From assembly GCA_012729375.1 (NCBI GenBank), contig JAAYDE010000035.1:3222-67221 (forward strand): 64,000 nucleotides of DNA, read 5' to 3'. Source of the DNA: Deltaproteobacteria bacterium (lineage in GTDB: Bacteria; Desulfobacterota; Desulfuromonadia; Desulfuromonadales; JAAYDE01). Position numbers and translations under genes: made by a program. Below, piece after piece: positions 61,829-64,000 of the stretch; the first letter of the stretch is position 1; the number at the start of each line of letters is the position of its first letter. Under the pieces are notes generated by a model that saw only the letters and a list, made by a program, of their open reading frames with translations, made no database searches and was not told where the DNA came from.

Positions 61829-62314
61829 TCAGGATTGTTCCGTTGGCTTGGCTTCGGGTTCGCCATTGTCACCGACCGTCGCGGCGGCGGCAGGTTCAAG
61901 TACAGCTTTAGCGGTTGCCTCGGGTTTGGATCCTGGCGATTTGACTCTGGAGGCATCCATCTCTTCAACGAATTCGATCCGGCAGACAGGTGCGTTATCC
62001 CCCAGGCGATTGCCGATCTTGATGATGCGGGTATACCCCCCGGGCCGGTTCTGAAAACGGGGGCCGAGCAGATTGAACAACTTGGCGACCATCTTCGGGT
62101 CACGAACGATACGGAGCGCCTGGCGACGGGCGTGAAGATCGCTCCTTTTGCCAAGAGTGATCATTTTTTCCGCAATCTTGCGCAGTTCCTTAGCCTTGGT
62201 GTCGGTGGTGGTGATCTTTTCATGCTCGATGAGTGAAGTCACCATGTTCCGCATCATGGCTTGACGATGACTGGTGTTGCGCCCCAGTCGTTTTCCGGAG
62301 TTGTTGTGACGCAT
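61829..62314 (-). CDS. rplQ: 50S ribosomal protein L17 (with low-complexity C-terminal tail)
   Basis: [24 protein letters not shown]... is the canonical L17 N-terminus. About 35 extra Ala/Pro/Glu-rich residues at the C-terminus. Confidence 0.95.
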   Translation of the reverse strand: MRHNNSGKRLGRNTSHRQAMMRNMVTSLIEHEKITTTDTKAKELRKIAEKMITLGKRSDLHARRQALRIVRDPKMVAKLFNLLGPRFQNRPGGYTRIIKIGNRLGDNAPVCRIEFVEEMDASRVKSPGSKPEATAKAVLEPAAAATVGDNGEPEAKPTEQS

Positions 62315-62359
62315 TTTCTACCGATCCTTTCCTCTGCAGCCTTGCTTTAAATCCTCACC

Positions 62360-63376
62360 TCAGGCCTCTTCTCTGCCCTTCTTGATCATTTCCAAATAGT
62401 CGGGATCAGGAAAGTTTTCCAGCTTCATCCCCAGAGAGAGCCCCATTTCGGCAAGAATATCCTTGATTTCATTAAGGGATTTGCGCCCGAAATTCTGTGT
62501 TTTAAGCATATCGGCTTCGGTCTTCTGAACCAGTTCGCCAATAAGGTGTATCTGAGCATTTTTAAGGCAGTTGGCGCTGCGCACCGACAGTTCCAGCTCC
62601 TCGACACTACGGTAGAGCCGTTCGTTGATTTTCTTGCTGTCGTCCGGTTGAACCTCTTCCACGACTTCCACTTCTTCATCGAAATTGATGAAAACCTGCA
62701 GTTGTTCTTTGAGGATTTTAGCCGCGAAAGCCACCGCATCGTCGGGAGTGATGCTGCCATCGGTAGTGACCTCGAGGATCAATTTGTCATAGTCTGTGAT
62801 CTGGCCGACCCTGGCGTTGGTTACAGTAACATTGACCTTGCGGATCGGGGCGAAGATGGCATCGATGAAAACGGTACCGACGGGAGCTTTCTCGTCACGG
62901 TTACGATCGGCGGGTACATATCCTTTGCCCATCGCCACGGTGAGGTCCATTTCCAGGTCGGCATCCTCTCCGCAGGTGGCGATATAGTGATCGGGATTCA
63001 AAACCTCAACATGCGAATCGGTTATGAGGTCTCCGGCCAGAACGGTTCCGGCCCCTTTCTGAACGATACGGACGGTGCGCGGTTCGTGGGAGTGAAGTTT
63101 AAGCAGCACCCCTTTAAGATTGAGCACGAAATCCGTTCCATCCTCGGTCACCCCCGGAATCGTTGAAAATTCGTGCTGAATCCCTTTGATGCGGACGGAA
63201 GTGATGGCCGCACCTTGTAAAGAAGAGAGCAACACGCGCCGCAAAGAATTCCCCAAAGTGGTACCGAACCCTCTTTCCAATGGCTCGGCGATGAACTTGC
63301 CATAGGTCTTGGAAAGGGTGCTCTGTTCCACCTGAAGGCGTTTCGGCTTGATGAGATCTCTCCAGTTTTTATACAT
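62360..63376 (-). CDS. rpoA: DNA-directed RNA polymerase alpha subunit
   Basis: Start trimmed to [17 protein letters not shown] (ATG 63376). [21 protein letters not shown] and [16 protein letters not shown]. Confidence 0.97.
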   Translation of the reverse strand: MYKNWRDLIKPKRLQVEQSTLSKTYGKFIAEPLERGFGTTLGNSLRRVLLSSLQGAAITSVRIKGIQHEFSTIPGVTEDGTDFVLNLKGVLLKLHSHEPRTVRIVQKGAGTVLAGDLITDSHVEVLNPDHYIATCGEDADLEMDLTVAMGKGYVPADRNRDEKAPVGTVFIDAIFAPIRKVNVTVTNARVGQITDYDKLILEVTTDGSITPDDAVAFAAKILKEQLQVFINFDEEVEVVEEVQPDDSKKINERLYRSVEELELSVRSANCLKNAQIHLIGELVQKTEADMLKTQNFGRKSLNEIKDILAEMGLSLGMKLENFPDPDYLEMIKKGREEA

Positions 63377-63421
63377 TACGTTCCCCCTCAAAGCGCCTGG
63401 CTGATGGGACATTAAAACCGT

Positions 63422-64000
63422 TTACTTGGAATAAAGTTCAACAACCAGCTGTTCCTGGAATGCGGGAGTGGTCATCTCGGCGCGAACCGGCAGGGTCTTG
63501 AGAGTGCCCTTGAATCCTTCGCGATCCAATTCGACCCAAGAAGCACTTTCGCGCCGCTGAGCACCATCGAGAGCCTCGTTGATACGAAGGATAGTGCGGC
63601 TTTTCTCGCGCAGACTGACCGTATCGCCGACCCGAACCAGATAGGAAGGGATATTGACCTTCCTGCCGTTCACCTGGAAATGGCTGTGGCGGATAAGGAT
63701 CCGCGCCTCTTTCCGGGAGGAGGCAAATCCCATGCGGTAGACCACGCTATCGAGACGCCGTTCCAAAAGAACGAGCAGGTTCTCCCCGGTGACCCCTTTC
63801 ATCCGCTCGGCCTTTACAAAAGTCGCCTTGAACTGCGATTCGAGCAAACAGTAAGTCCGTTTGATCTTCTGTTTTTCGCGAAGCTGAGTCCCGTAATCGG
63901 TAACCTTGGCCCTCCCGTGACCATGTTGGCCGGGAGCGTAATTTCTGCGTTCAAGAGCGCACTTGTCGGTGAAACAGCGATCACCTTTGAGGAAAAGTTT
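63422..64000 (-). CDS. rpsD: 30S ribosomal protein S4 (N-terminus beyond the right window edge)
   Basis: The track ORF 63422..63847 starts at an internal TTG. The same frame stays open to position 64000. My translation there is [50 protein letters not shown], which is the S4 N-terminal region. The S4 RNA-binding domain lies downstream. Confidence 0.95.
   Translation of the reverse strand, partial: KLFLKGDRCFTDKCALERRNYAPGQHGHGRAKVTDYGTQLREKQKIKRTYCLLESQFKATFVKAERMKGVTGENLLVLLERRLDSVVYRMGFASSRKEARILIRHSHFQVNGRKVNIPSYLVRVGDTVSLREKSRTILRINEALDGAQRRESASWVELDREGFKGTLKTLPVRAEMTTPAFQEQLVVELYSK

Overview
GC-rich bacterial chromosomal segment (roughly 55-60 % GC by eye). The gene content looks deltaproteobacterial, possibly Desulfuromonadales-like: RNase Y and CdaA in a proteobacterial-type context, cimA next to aspartate kinase, selA, and a PEP-CTERM protein. 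That taxonomic placement is inference only.

Most of the window is tightly packed housekeeping DNA:
- Left part, mainly minus strand: rny, 5-formyl-THF cyclo-ligase, a candidate 6S RNA, zapA, zapB, ftsY, a Roadblock-like gene, smc; then an AsmA/YhdP-like gene (+), ubiE, a NUDIX gene (+), a cyclase and glnS.
- 32.4-64 kb: an unbroken minus-strand array. It runs rpsD-rpoA-rplQ, trpEGDCFBA-accD-folC-lptD, comEA-like, ftsB, argS, a SPOR gene, tRNA-fMet, tRNA-CAU, tilS, ftsH-folP-cdaA-cdaR, acpS-nnr-CBS-tsaE-lpdA, and ask-cimA-comEA. Many start/stop codons overlap by 1 or 4 nt.
- 14.4-32.4 kb: lower GC and more accessory in character. It holds an orphan PEP-CTERM protein behind a near-consensus sigma54 promoter, selA, azlCD, a cold-shock gene, an orphan zinc-ribbon/Tudor-like protein, a diguanylate cyclase with two tandem periplasmic binding-protein-like modules, and an 8-gene HAAT-type ABC transporter operon interleaved with two adenylate-forming enzymes and a CBS-ACT protein.

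I found no rRNA, CRISPR array, transposase, integrase, phage gene or recognisable defence system.

The observations I consider most worth following up:
1. The PEP-CTERM protein carries both signature motifs of a Cys-Gln internal-thioester adhesin domain.
2. The ABC/CoA-ligase operon has a PaaK-like member with a degenerate phosphate-binding loop.
3. A 51-aa zinc-ribbon ORF lies below the ORF-track size cutoff.
4. A Roadblock-like gene is translationally coupled between smc and ftsY.

All functional calls rest on my reading of motifs in the supplied translations and on my own translation of untracked regions. No database search was possible.
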